This document shows positions 1 through 11,137 of a stretch of DNA of 64,000 nt, one piece after another. The translations under genes and the position numbers were made by a program. The notes beneath the pieces were generated by a model, which saw nothing but the letters and a program-made list of their open reading frames with translations, did no database searches and had not been told where the DNA came from. How positions within the stretch are numbered: position 1 is the stretch's first letter; every line of letters starts with the position of its first letter. This stretch comes from Macrostomum lignano. Taxonomy: Eukaryota. The DNA lies in assembly GCA_002269645.1 (NCBI GenBank), contig NIVC01000127.1:186001-250000 (forward strand), written 5' to 3'.

Positions 1-248
1 AATAAAACTGGGCTAAAACAGACTTTATGGATGAGGAAGGGCAATAAAACTGGGCTAAAACAGACTGTATGGGTGAGGAAGGGCAATTTGGCTAAAACAG
101 ACTGTTTGGGTGAGGAAGGGCAATAAAACTGGGCTAAACAGACTGCTTGGGTGGGGAAGGGCAATAAAACTGGGCTAAACAGACTGCTTGGGTGAGGAAG
201 GGCAATAAAACTGGGCTAAAACAGACTGTTTGGGTGAGGTAGGGCAAT
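1..248. repeat. Minisatellite, ~41-42 bp unit, ~6 copies (truncated by window edge)
   Basis: Repeated GGGCAATAAAACTGGGCTAAAACAGACTGTTTGGGTGAGGAA. Confidence 0.95.
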
Positions 249-853
249 TATATATTTGGTAAAATCGATTTTTTCCAAGAGACTATCACGTGACAAATTT
301 TGTGACCAGTGTTGCAATAATGTACATTTCGTGGCCGCGACAGGATGAATGTACGCGGCTTGACCTTAAAGCTGTATAGATGGGCAATAAAAAGGGGGTT
401 TGCTCGCGCAAAAGCAATTAAATACAGAGTACTATGGGGTGACGTATTTATTTATAATAGCTAGGTTTGATGCCAGTCAGGATAAAGTTGATCAAAACAG
501 AAAACAGTCATTTACAGGATCGGAGAAATTTTTGGCGAATCAATTTTCAACTTAATTACAGTTATTAACTGCTTTGCTCCCGACTATGTACATAACTTGG
601 CTATCGCGTCAACGATGCTCTGTATTAGGTTATTTTTTGCTATTGAATATTATTAGGACTCTGAATGTTTAAATTAAAAAATACAGAGATTAATGTCATT
701 AAAATCATTTTTCGAATTCTAGTCTGTTTGATTTATAGTTTAATAAATTAAACTAATTGTATCCAGCCGCAGCACGTTTGTCGGCCCCACAATCATATCC
801 GTCACTTTTTGTCTTGTCTTACCTTTTACTGTCACTTTCACGAACACTCCAGC

Positions 854-1178
854 CAGGGGCGTCGCCACCGGGGGGACAGGGGGGATATGTCCCCCGCTAG
901 TTAAAGCTATGGGGGGGGGACATGCCAATGTTTTGTCCCCCCACCCCACCTTGTGACCCGTTGTGGAAATCAATAATTTTGCTGCAGGGCGACAAATTAG
1001 CGCCTGCGGCTCCAAATTGAATGCCTGCGACTCCAGAATGAGTGCCTGTGGCGCCAAAATGAGCGCTGACGACACAGATTCTGAAAAAATGTACAAGTAC
1101 AAATTCAGTCATGTACATGTACATGTAGAATTCCCGACTTTGTCCCCTTCTACCATAAAAAACATTGCGACGCCCCTG
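854..1178. mobile_element. MITE / non-autonomous DNA transposon, 325 bp, hAT-like CAGGGG termini
   Basis: Perfect 12-bp TIRs CAGGGGCGTCGC (854-865) and GCGACGCCCCTG (1167-1178). A homologous copy starts at 1956 in the opposite orientation. No TSD visible. Confidence 0.75.
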
Positions 1179-1882
1179 CCCATGTGCAAGGTGTCTCGAT
1201 ACGCTCTGAACTTCTGCCACGTGCTGTCCTGTATGTGGATGCTGGTGCTGGTCACTGACCGAGTGCTGGTTGTTCACCGACCGCTGGCCATGAAGAATGT
1301 CGGGCTGCGCTGGGCGGCGAGGGCTCTGGCTGGAACACTCGTTCTGTCCGCTGTGATCGCCCTGCCGAACGGCATTCTGGTGGGTCACCAGACAGTCACC
1401 ATGCATGACGGCACCATCCTCATCTTCTGCTACCACCTGCACGAGACGCAGCTGTTCATGCTCGGCTACACGACATCGATGTCGAATCCACCTCTGGTGT
1501 TCATCCTGCTGATGCTGGGCCTCAACTGCTTCCTGCTATCGCGGGTGGTCGCCGCAGTCAGGAAGCGCCGCAGTCTTTCTATGCACTGCTTTGGCACCAG
1601 GATGGTGTCCGATGCCTTTTTCATTTTGCACTGCCAGCCCTGGCCATGAGACCAACAATGCAGCTTTCTCTCTACTCTCTGGACTACCTGACTGTTCTGG
1701 CTATCGTGGCCTTCTCCCTCACCCACACCTTGGCCCTCATCAACCAATGCGTCAACTTTTTCATACTACGCAACCGCAGCGCGCCGTTCAGATGCTGCCT
1801 GAAGCTGATCACTGCTCCAGCTGCACCAAGCGAACGGCTGAGCAGAGAGTGTGAGACGGTGAAATATTCAATTATCAGATAG
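1179..1882 (+). pseudogene. 5'-truncated, frameshifted 7TM GPCR pseudogene (TM3-TM5, part of TM6, TM7)
   Basis: 1180-~1548 is nearly identical to 4339-~4708 of the intact paralog (MCKVSRYALNF...LLSRVVAAVRKRR). After a frameshifting deletion at ~1585-1610, another frame gives LFHFALPALAMRPTMQLSLYSLDYLTVLAIVAFS...INQCVNFFILRNRSAPFRCC, matching paralog TM6/TM7. Confidence 0.9.
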
Positions 1883-1955
1883 GGCAGGTACAAATTTCCG
1901 TTAGCAGCTTACGGGTCAAAGACTGCTCATAAAATTTTTTTGTTGAAACAGTTCA

Positions 1956-2752
1956 CAGGGGCGTCGCCATGAATTTTAAGGCGGGGGGGACAAAGCCAAA
2001 AATTCTACATGTACATGTTCATAACTAATTCCTACATGTACATTCTTTTCAAAATCGGGCTCGTCAGTGCTAATTTTGTCGCCGCTAGCATTTATTATAG
2101 CGCCGCAGGCATTCATTTTGGCGCCGCAGGCACTCATTTTAGCGCCGCAGGCACTCATTTTAGCGCCGCAGGCACTCATTTTAGCGCCGCAGGCATTCAT
2201 TTTGGCGCCGCAGGCACTCATTTTAGCGCCGCAGGCACTCATTTTAGCGCCGCAGGCATTCAATTTGGCGCCGCAGGCATTCAATTTGGCGCCGCAGGCA
2301 TTCATTTTGGCGCCGCAGGCATTCATTTTAGCGCCGCAGGCATTCATTTTGGCGCCGCAGGCATTCATTTTAGCGCCGCAGGCATTCAATTTGGCGCCGC
2401 AGGCATTCATTTTGGCGCCGCAGGCATTCATTTTAGCGCCGCAGGCATTCATTTTGGCGCCGCAGGCATTCATTTTGGCGCCGCAGGCATTCATTTTGGC
2501 GCCGCAGGCATTCATTTTAGCGCCGCAGGCATTCATTTTGGCGCCGCAGGCATTCATTTTGGCGCCGCAGGCATTCATTTTAGCGCCGCAGGCATTCAAT
2601 TTGGCGCCGCATGCACTCCTTTTAGCGCCGCAGGCACTCATTTTAGCGCCGCAGGCATTCATTTTAGCGCCGCAGGCATTCATTTTAGCGCCGCAGGCAC
2701 TCATTTTAGCGCCGCAGGCACTCATTTTAGCGCCGCAGGCACTCATTTTGGC
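1956..2752. mobile_element. Second copy of the 854-1178 MITE, inverted, with an internally expanded minisatellite; far TIR not evident
   Basis: Starts CAGGGGCGTCGCCA and is colinear with the reverse complement of 1178->~990 (GGGGACAAAG, AATTCTACATGTACATG, CGTCAG-GCT-ATTTTG). Confidence 0.7.
2101..2752. repeat. Minisatellite, 21-bp unit, ~31 copies
   Basis: GCGCCGCAGGCATTCATTTTG/A tandem array. Confidence 0.97.
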
Positions 2753-3163
2753 GGCGAAAAATTCGAATGACTATTAATAATTAAGCAGGACCGAATGGCA
2801 ATGGCGACGGTGAATGAAAGATTTTGGGCTGATATCCTGAGCTCGGCTGAGCTGCCAGTCACGAACTTGGAAGCCATAAAAACACATGTCAGATGAGTTC
2901 GGTGGAAATTGAATTGCTAAAATTAACTGATCCCTCTAAGGATTAAAAACCTTGGCGGTGATTACGGAATTGAAATTGCATTGCTGAGTCTGTCGTGACA
3001 GTCTCTTCAATTATTTACGGGCTTCATCTTTACGGAAATTTCAAGCCGGAAAACGAATCTATGAAAAGATGATTGGCAACAGTTGAATAAATTTAGTCAA
3101 TTTTAACAAAACATTTTATCATTGAATTTTTAGAAATAAGCATTGCTTCTAACGATAAAACTT

Positions 3164-3632
3164 AGATTAGCTTTGAGTCTGAGCAAGTGTTCAGTGAGAT
3201 TAGCTTTGAGTCTGAGCAAGTGTTCAGTGAGATTAGCTTTGAGTCTGAGCAAGTGTTCAGTGAGATTAGCTTTGAGTCTGAGCAAGTGCTCAGTGAGATT
3301 AGCTTTGAGCTTGAGCAAGTGCTCAGTGAGATTAGCTTTGAGTCTGAGCAAGTGCTCAGTGAGATTAGCTTTGAGTCTGAGCAAGTGCTCAGTGAGATTA
3401 GCTTTGAGTCTGAGCAAGTGCCCAGTTAGAGGTTAGCTTTGAGTCTGAGCAAGTGTTCAGTGAGATTAGCTTTGAGCTTGAGCAAGTGCTCAGTGAGATT
3501 AGCTTTGAGTCTGAGCAAGTGCTCAGTGAGATTAGCTTTGAGTTTGAGCAAGTGCTCAGTGAGATTAGCTTTGAGTTTGAGCAAGTGCTCAGTGAGATTA
3601 GCTTTGAGTTTGAGCAAGTGTTCAGTTAGATT
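3164..3632. repeat. Minisatellite, 33-bp unit, ~14 copies
   Basis: GAGATTAGCTTTGAGTCTGAGCAAGTGCTCAGT tandem array. Confidence 0.97.
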
Positions 3633-3728
3633 AATTGACGGCGAGCAAGTTCTTGGTCAGTTGAGTATGATTGTGATTGAGTTAAAGTTCACACTGAATT
3701 TCCAGAGAGGAATAATGGGAGCAAGGAG

Positions 3729-3731
<3 letters not shown>

Positions 3732-3759
<28 letters not shown>
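3732..3759. repeat. (TC)n microsatellite
   Basis: About 14 TC dinucleotides. Confidence 0.95.
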
Positions 3760-3762
<3 letters not shown>

Positions 3763-3968
3763 ATGTGCAGGTTCGGGAAAAGGATTCTCAAGGCAAATAC
3801 CTGATTGGCTTCCCAAACGGCTGCTATGGCAATAAAAAACTCGAATGAATTCTTCCAGGTAATATTATCCCCAGCTAGGATAATAGCTTATTGTGACCGG
3901 CAGCTCAAATAACGAATTCAGTCCTCAGTCCTCAGTCCTCAGTGCTCAGGCGAAACCAAACACCCGCT

Positions 3969-5111
3969 ATGAACAACCTGACCTTGAAAGCGGTGAAAAT
4001 CGGGTACGTGGAGAGTGCCATGCAGATTGTCAGGGACTGCCAGAGCGGAGACCCGTCCAGGTACCTCTTCTGCGTCATGTCTCACGTTATCGGCTCCGTG
4101 TCGGCCGTCCTGCTGCCAATCGTCGTTGTAGTCGGCACGCTGGGAAACATGGTCGTGGCCCACGTCATGCTGAACCGCCTGAAGCCCCTCACCCGCCAGA
4201 ATCTGTACCTGGGCTGCATCGCGATCGCCGATATTCTCAGCCTCGTCGTGATCGGAGTCTTCAACGGGTTTCTCACTAAGGGGCTACCCTGGCTCACCAG
4301 AGGACAATTCGGATTTTTCAGCTACAACCTGAGCGACGCCATGTGCAAGGTGTCTCGATACGCTCTGAACTTCTGCCACGTGCTGTCCTGTATGTGGATG
4401 CTGGTGCTGGTCACTGACCGAGTGTTGGTTGTTCATCGACCGCTAGCGATGAAGAATGTCGGGCTGCGCTGGGCGGCGAGGGCTCTGGCTGGAACACTCG
4501 TTCTGTCCGCTGTGATCGCCCTGCCGAACGGCATTCTGGTGGGTCACCAGACAGTCACCATGCATGACGGCACCATCCTCATCTTCTGCTACCAACTGCA
4601 CGAGACGCAGCTGTTCATGCTCGGCTACACGACATCGATGTCGAATCCGCCTCTGGTGTTCATCCTGCTGATGCTGGGCCTCAACTGCTTCCTGCTATCG
4701 CGGGTGGTTGCCGCTGTCCGGAAGCGTCGCATTCTGCAGAATCGCTCCGGCATCAACGCGCAGGACAGCAGCAGGAAGGAATTATCAGGCACGGTGATCG
4801 TGCTTATCTTGGCCATTCTCTATCTCCTACTGCACACTCCTCTGCTGGTGAGTCGGCCCGCCATTGAAGTGTCGCTTTTCCTCCTGGACATGGCGGACAA
4901 TTTGGACTTCCTCACTCTGCTGGCCAACCTCTTCTACTCCAGCTTGGTGATCAGTCTGATCAACCAGAGTCTCAACTTTTTTGTGCTTATGCGTCGCAGC
5001 CAACAGTTCAAGCAGTGCGTGTCGGCGGCTCTCTGCTGCGCCAGGAACAAAAGACCGAGGCGGTCAACATCTGGAATTGAGATGGGCACCGTCACTGCTA
5101 GTGCGCTGTGA
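3969..5111 (+). CDS. Intronless rhodopsin-class 7TM GPCR (peptide/chemoreceptor-like, FMRFamide-receptor/srw-like), paralog A
   Basis: Seven hydrophobic segments; GN in TM1 (GTLGNMVV), IAD in TM2, TM3 Cys (AMCKV) and DRV in place of DRY, ECL2 Cys, TM7 NFFVL. First ATG at 3969 (MNNLT, N-glycosylation sequon); the ORF-track start at 3942 is GTG. Confidence 0.93.
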   Translation: MNNLTLKAVKIGYVESAMQIVRDCQSGDPSRYLFCVMSHVIGSVSAVLLPIVVVVGTLGNMVVAHVMLNRLKPLTRQNLYLGCIAIADILSLVVIGVFNGFLTKGLPWLTRGQFGFFSYNLSDAMCKVSRYALNFCHVLSCMWMLVLVTDRVLVVHRPLAMKNVGLRWAARALAGTLVLSAVIALPNGILVGHQTVTMHDGTILIFCYQLHETQLFMLGYTTSMSNPPLVFILLMLGLNCFLLSRVVAAVRKRRILQNRSGINAQDSSRKELSGTVIVLILAILYLLLHTPLLVSRPAIEVSLFLLDMADNLDFLTLLANLFYSSLVISLINQSLNFFVLMRRSQQFKQCVSAALCCARNKRPRRSTSGIEMGTVTASAL

Positions 5112-5220
5112 GCACGTGACGCGTAGGTAGGGTAGCGGAGGAAGCATTGACCGATCCAGGGCCGCCTTAACTGTCGGGGAAGAAAGTCTGATGGCGGGTC
5201 ATTACTGGCCTGATTTCTAG

Positions 5221-5345
5221 TGTAACACTGGACGCTACTTTCTAATTCCCGGATGTTGTAACAATGGCCGCTAATTTCTAATTCCCGGATGTTGTCACAC
5301 TGGACGCTACTTTCTAATTCCCGGATGTTGGAACACTGGACGCTG
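5221..5345. repeat. Short tandem repeat, 36-bp unit, ~3.4 copies
   Basis: ACACTGGACGCTACTTTCTAATTCCCGGATGTTGTA repeated. Confidence 0.85.
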
Positions 5346-6019
5346 CCCCCTTAATTACCAGATATAACGCTGGTCGAAATTAGTAGCTAAAATGTTCCTA
5401 AAGGTTTGTGAAGCAAACTCCGGTTAAAAAGTAAAGCTGATTTTTTTTGGCAAAGCTGCTCCTAGCATAGAGATTGGACAACTGATTCAACAAATTGTTT
5501 TGCAAGAATAGAAATCGGCAGACATAAAAAAGGGCTCGCTTTTATTTTCAATAACCATTGTTTTGAATGAAACGAGACCAAATATTTTGTTCCTAAAAAC
5601 AGTTTTTATTGGAAAAAAAACTAAAATCGGTTTTGAACAAGACCCTTGTTTAGCCCCTCAGTGCCTGTCGCCTTTGTCTGCTGATCAGAGGCAGGTCTCT
5701 CCGCCTACCGCCCGCCACACGAAGGAGATGGTCCGCCATTTTTAGCAGCTCCATCTAAACGCTCACGCAATTGCCATCATGGATTTGAGTGGTTTTCAGT
5801 TTCGCAGGTTTTTTATCAAATATTTGCATTCCACCCAACCCCCACCTGTGTGTACTTTAAAGCAGATCTCTGACACGAACACGGACAACTCAAGCGCTGC
5901 ACTCGCGAGTTGTGCAAATTTCGCTGAGCTCCATTTTTCCTTAAATAGTAATAATATTAATACGAGCTAACAATAATAATTGATTACACCTGCCCTAATC
6001 GGCAGATCTGCAAGCGACC

Positions 6020-6261
6020 GCTCAGCCGCAGCTATTGCGCGGCGCATCTGAAGGCTGCGTACGGCTGTTCAGTCCAGGGACTGGGGGGTCGCCACATACA
6101 CACTCAATTACCCCAGCTTATGCTGGCACCCATTTTACAGCTGGGTGAACTGAAGCAATGCAGAGTTAAGTGTCTTGCTCAACAAATTGTTCCGAGTGGA
6201 TCGAGAATCGAACCTCCGACCTTTCAGTCGACAGTGGGGAGTCTCTAACCACTAGAGCCAT
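6020..6261 (-). mobile_element. tRNA-derived SINE with CORE/Meta-like central domain (copy 1)
   Basis: Minus strand: A-box-like TAGTGGTTAGAG, B-box GGTTCGATTC, then GAGCAAGACACTTAACTCTGCATTGCTTCAGTTCACCCAGCTGTAAAATGGGTGCC. Homologous copy at 54108-54840. Confidence 0.85.
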
Positions 6262-6296
6262 AATCATGGACAACTCTAGTTGTCCATGGCCATAAT
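6257..6296. other. 24-bp palindrome flanked by an 8-bp direct repeat (micro-transposon or footprint)
   Basis: GCCATAAT-CATGGACAACT-CT-AGTTGTCCATG-GCCATAAT. Confidence 0.7.
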
Positions 6297-6515
6297 AACC
6301 CTGTGTGATATGAGATAAATCTCAGTTCTGTCTCTCTAGGGAATTTTAATTCAAACGGATTTGTCTATGGCTAAACCCCATTCAGTGCTGTGCAAAAGAA
6401 GAAAATGTTTGTGAAATCCGTTTAGAAAACACAAATTCGGTATTTTAAGCTTAGCTTTGTCGTTCTTCAATGATACTTTTTCAACTTTTCAACTACAGAC
6501 TAAAACTGTAACGTG

Positions 6516-6725
6516 AAAACTTGAGACTGTAACATGCAGATTTCAGCCTGTAAACTTGAGACTGTAACCTGTAGATTTTAGCCTGTAAGCTTGAGACTGT
6601 AATCTGTAGATTTTAGCCTGTAAGCTTGAGACTGTAATTTGTAGATTTTAGCCTGTAAACTTGAGACTGTAATCTGTATATTTTAGCCTATAAACTTTAG
6701 AGTGTAGCTTGTAAACTTTAGAGTG
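6516..6725. repeat. Minisatellite, ~35-bp unit, 5-6 degenerate copies
   Basis: CTTGAGACTGTAATCTGTAGATTTTAGCCTGTAAG repeated. Confidence 0.85.
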
Positions 6726-8273
6726 TTTACTTAATACAGCCTCAGACTGTATCTTGTATCAGACCAACTGAAGCATGTAAATGGTCGAGCTTGTGTACTG
6801 TGAGCTACATTTCACACATTGAAGAATTTCTAATTCGGACAATATCCCACTTACAAACTAGTCAGCGCTTTTAGTCTGCACATTTTCTAAGCACATGATT
6901 ACCGGCTGAGACTTATTGACTTTGCCAGCAAAGAGTTGCCAGTTTACTTAGGGAACTTGCCATGAAAGGGAGATGGCCTCTAATGTTACAAAAAGTGATT
7001 CTGTTTGCTAAAAATACACAGCCTCTGCCACTTGCTGAACACATTGCTAGGTGATTTACAAATTGCCTTTCCTGCAACTTTCTAATGCAATAATGGCTGC
7101 ATCAAATATAATTTTACAATTGGTTCGGCTCTGCTCTGCTCTTAGCAAACATTTAATGAATGTAGGAGTGCGTGCACACTGCAGCCAAACAGGTCCTGAA
7201 TCGTTGTTCATCATCTGAGCGACGGAGATGATGATGGTGATTACCTAGCAGATGGAGGATGAGAGAAGCACGAACTTCTTCATGTCGACTAAAGGTCAGT
7301 GGCTGCTGAGACCGATTCCAGCGTTTTGTGCTTTTATATCCTAAATTTTAGCTCTTGAGCAATGGAGCATTCCATCTGGTTTATTAGGAAAGTGGTTTGA
7401 GTATTTTGATGTAATCTACTTTTCACTCTGAAGAAATGTGCCCATGGTCCATCAACTGCATGAGACGTGGCATGCACTGATATTGCAATATTTCAAACAG
7501 TATATATTCCTCTCAAAGAGATGTTCTCAACTACTTTAACGTAGAATAAAATTGTGCTCAAATTAAACCGAAACTGCGAGTGCGCCCGCTCCACTGCCTG
7601 TGTGTTTATTGCGGGTGCATTTAAAAAACCATGCCTTACATGGGCTACGAAATGTATGCAGATTAATAGTCTAAACTGGCAGAGTGATTTGATTGTCGTT
7701 AATTTAAAAAAACTACAGGTTTTTTTAAGATCGACAGATTAGCGGATACCAGCGAGCAGATGGAGCTACCAAATCACAGACTAAACAGGTGCGGTTCAGG
7801 TTGGGATAATTTTTTAAAATATTGTTAGTTAGCTTTGAAAAATCTCAAATTTTTAGAAAAAATCCTTATTAAGATTATTTGAATTCGTGCATCCATAAAG
7901 GTAATCAAGCGACTCAAGTGTGACAATAGAAAGCAGTAGTACGATCTCACAGTGCGATAAAATAGTTGAAAATATACGCGAATGGTGACATAACAACACA
8001 AAACTACGGCCTAATAGAGTGTAGCCTGACTGTCAATAGTCAAAACTAAAAGTACATAAAACGGAGGCGATAAAGTCTATCGGCGTGCAAAGAGTGCAAA
8101 CGTAAAATATCATTAATATGTTCGTGCAAACTCATGTCCAATAAAAATTCACTCATTTTTAGTCTTTCAAATATCTCATCAATGTCGTACACTCGTCCTT
8201 TCACAGAACACAACATCCTCAGTAGCGGGAAGTCCGCCAGTCTTCTCCGCCCTCCTGTCGCAACCTCAGATCC

Positions 8274-9419
8274 TCAGTTTGCCGTTCTACTGGCCGTCGG
8301 CTGGTCTGTGTCGGACCTGGACTGCAAGTCTTTGCCAGCAGAGCAGCAGAACATGGCGAGAACGCATCTCTTGAAGGACTGGCTGCGGCGCATCAGCACG
8401 AAGAAGGTGAGGCTCTGGCTGACTACGCTGAACACGAGGGTCATGAAGAACAGGTCGGCCAGCAGTATAATGTAGTCCAGGTGAGTGGCCGTGTCCAGCA
8501 CGAACTGGGAAATCTCCAGCAGCATCCGGCAGGCCAGCAGCGGGGCGTGCAGCGCCAGGTAGATTACGGCCAGGATCACCACAATGATGGTGCCGGAGAT
8601 CTCCTTCGGATATTTCTGCTTCTGCGACTCTCCGCCGCCGGCGCCGAAAGACGACATGCTGCGGCGTTTGCGCACCGCGGCAGCCACGCGGGTGAGCAGG
8701 AAGCAGTCCAGAGCCAGGATCAACAGGATGATCAGCAGCGGCGGGTTGGACATCGCCGAGGTGTACACCATCATGAACAGCTGGTAATCTGGCAGGTGCG
8801 AGCACAGGATCACAGTCACCCCGTCTGGCCGGTACAGCAGGTGGTGCCCGGTAAGAAAACCGTTCGGCAGGGCGATCGCAGCGGACAGAACGAGTGTTCC
8901 AGCCAGAGCCCTCGCCGCCCAGCGCAGCCCGACCTTCTTCATGGCCAGCGGTCGGTGAACAACCAGCACTCGGTCAGTGACCAGCACCAGCAGCCACATA
9001 CAGGACAGCACGTGGCAGAAGTTCAGAGCGTATCGAGACACCTTGCACATGGCGTCGCTCAGGTTGTAGCTGAAAAATCCGAATTGGCCTCTAGTGAGCC
9101 AGGGCAGGCCCTTGACAAGGAACCCGTTGAAGACTCCGATCACGACGAGGCTGAGAATATCGGCGATCGCGTTGCAGCCCAGGTACAGATTCTGGCGAGT
9201 GAGCGGTCGCTGGCGCTTCAGCATGACGTGGGCGATGACGATGTTGCCCAGAACTCCAATGAAAAATATGATGGGGAGCAGTACGCCCGATACGGAGCCC
9301 GTGATGTTTGACTGGATGCACTGCATGTACCTTGATGGGTCACCACTTAGGCAGTCTTGGACCATCCGGAATGCATTGGCTGAGTAGACAATTCGCGCCT
9401 CTTTGCCAGTGCCGTTCAT
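8274..9419 (-). CDS. Intronless rhodopsin-class 7TM GPCR, paralog B
   Basis: Same motifs as paralog A (DCxSGDPSR, GN, IAD, AMCKV, TDRVL, FFVL). First ATG at 9419 (MNGTG); the ORF-track start at 9440 is TTG. Confidence 0.93.
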   Translation of the reverse strand: MNGTGKEARIVYSANAFRMVQDCLSGDPSRYMQCIQSNITGSVSGVLLPIIFFIGVLGNIVIAHVMLKRQRPLTRQNLYLGCNAIADILSLVVIGVFNGFLVKGLPWLTRGQFGFFSYNLSDAMCKVSRYALNFCHVLSCMWLLVLVTDRVLVVHRPLAMKKVGLRWAARALAGTLVLSAAIALPNGFLTGHHLLYRPDGVTVILCSHLPDYQLFMMVYTSAMSNPPLLIILLILALDCFLLTRVAAAVRKRRSMSSFGAGGGESQKQKYPKEISGTIIVVILAVIYLALHAPLLACRMLLEISQFVLDTATHLDYIILLADLFFMTLVFSVVSQSLTFFVLMRRSQSFKRCVLAMFCCSAGKDLQSRSDTDQPTASRTAN

Positions 9420-9507
9420 GATGGCTGTTTCTGGGACCAAACAGGTGGGGCAAGTGACGTTTTCTGATGATTTTCATATGGTCTTTCTTGGAGCTTCTAG
9501 TATCAAA

Positions 9508-9944
9508 TTGTAGCTTCCACTGCCTCATCTTGTAGCTTACACTGCCTCATCTTGTAGCTTCCACTGCCTCATCTTGTAGCTTCCACTGCCTCATCTTGTA
9601 GTTTCCACTGCCTCATCTTGTAGCTTACACTGCCTCATCTTGTAGCTTCCACTGCCTCATCTTGTAGCTTACACTGCCTCATCTTGTAGCTTACACTGCC
9701 TCATCTTGTAGCTTCCACTGCCTCATCTTGTAGCTTCCACTGCCTCATCTTGTAGCTTCCACTGCCTCATCTTGTAGTTTCCACTGCCTCATCTTGTAGC
9801 TTACACTGCCTCATCTTGTAGCTTCCACTGCCTCATCTTGTAGCTTACACTGCCTCATCTTGTAGCTTACACTGCCTCATCTTGTAGCTTCCACTGCCTC
9901 ATCTTGTAGCTTACACTGCCTCATCTTGTAGCTTACACTGCCTC
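9508..9944. repeat. Minisatellite, 22-bp unit, ~20 copies, directly upstream of GPCR paralog B
   Basis: TAGCTT(C/A)CACTGCCTCATCTTG tandem array. Confidence 0.97.
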
Positions 9945-10884
9945 CATCGAACCTGGACAGCAAACCTTTGTCTCTGTCATCAGAACTTGGATTTCTCAGG
10001 AGTTCATTAACTACATGTAAGACAATTCAATGAGTGCAAAAATAGCGAGAATGGGACTCACTTTGTCGCGCGCTGCTCAGGGTCCTGCGATACTTTTTAG
10101 CGCTCGGGAAATATTCGAGCGGTCCATTAGCAATAGATGCTCGGAATTTAAATAGGCCTGCATCTTGACTGGGGATTTGTCACCTGAGAGCAGCTCGCTT
10201 GTCACACCTCATCTCTCTCCAATCAGTTTGAATCAAAGAGGAGAAGTCTACATGTGAGCGCTAATCGCTTCAAAATAAAAGCTTTTATCATCACTCCTAA
10301 GCCTGTAAAAATAAATATCCTTCTTAACGTCAGCGCAAGCTTGAGTGGTTGCTTTTTGATTGACAGTGGATGTCTTAACTAACCGGGCTGGTGTTATTGT
10401 TCGATTCGGTTTTTCTGTTAGCAACAATGCAGTTGTTGGGCATCAATGCTTGAAAAATTATCGAGTTAAAGCGACGCTCGGATACCGATACTCTAAAAAG
10501 TATGGACGATAGGTGATCGATGGTAGGATTTGAACATTTGAGTATCGATCGATACTTTAGTCCGATATTAACATGGTTGGCTACGGGGCGGGCAGCTGGC
10601 TCAGTTTCTCTCTCCCCCGCGCGGTGTGATTGGCTGTTATGGGGTAGAGCCCGTCGGAAGGGGTTGTGGTGGGCTGGAGCTGCCTTGCAGCCCTATCTCT
10701 CTCTCCCCTCCGCGTGTGCCGGGCCGGCTGTTTAGGCAGTCGCGCCGCACTCTGGGTCTGTGTTTACAGACTTTCTAGCTCATGCTTCGTCTAATTCTGG
10801 TTGCCAACTTGCCCTCGGCCTTGACGACTTTTTCGTCAAGCGCGACCGCTGTTTTTCGTTACTTGTACGAAAAAAAGCCGACAT

Positions 10885-11020
10885 AGGTTGCTTAAATTGC
10901 TACAACCTCAGCTACAACCATTGCTGGTTGCCAGAGAGCCTCCTGCTCTTACCCCCACATCTACAAAGTGAAGGGCTGTGGGCGGCAGCATCCTGCCCAT
11001 CAGCACCAACATCCTGCTCA
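10885..11020 (+). pseudogene. Gag-like Cys/His zinc-finger remnant of the Ngaro-like element
   Basis: CYNLSYNHC..., then after a frameshift CSYPHIYKVKGCGRQHPAHQH, resembling Ngaro ORF1 zinc fingers. Confidence 0.45.
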
Positions 11021-11137
11021 ACTGCTCCAGCGCGGTCCTGATGACTCGCAGCCAATTCAGGAGACAAAAAACTGAGTGAATTTTATAGTGCTTTTAATCC
11101 TCCGCGTCAACCAAATTTTAACTCCTCTGCTGGTGAT

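Noticed and set aside
1976-2777. Long ORFs in several frames (MNACGAK, APQAFIL and similar repeats)
   Set aside because: Translations of a 21-bp minisatellite whose unit is a multiple of 3 and lacks stops; no independent coding evidence
3130-3804. ORFs over the 33-bp array
   Set aside because: Repeat-derived artefacts
6780-7330. Possible transposase remnant
   Set aside because: No frame gave a convincing DDE or zinc-finger motif
8287-9387. Antisense and alternate-frame ORFs over the GPCR genes (also 897-1442, 3893-4297, 17865-18594)
   Set aside because: Shadows of GC-rich codon usage in the real 7TM ORFs; no domain similarity
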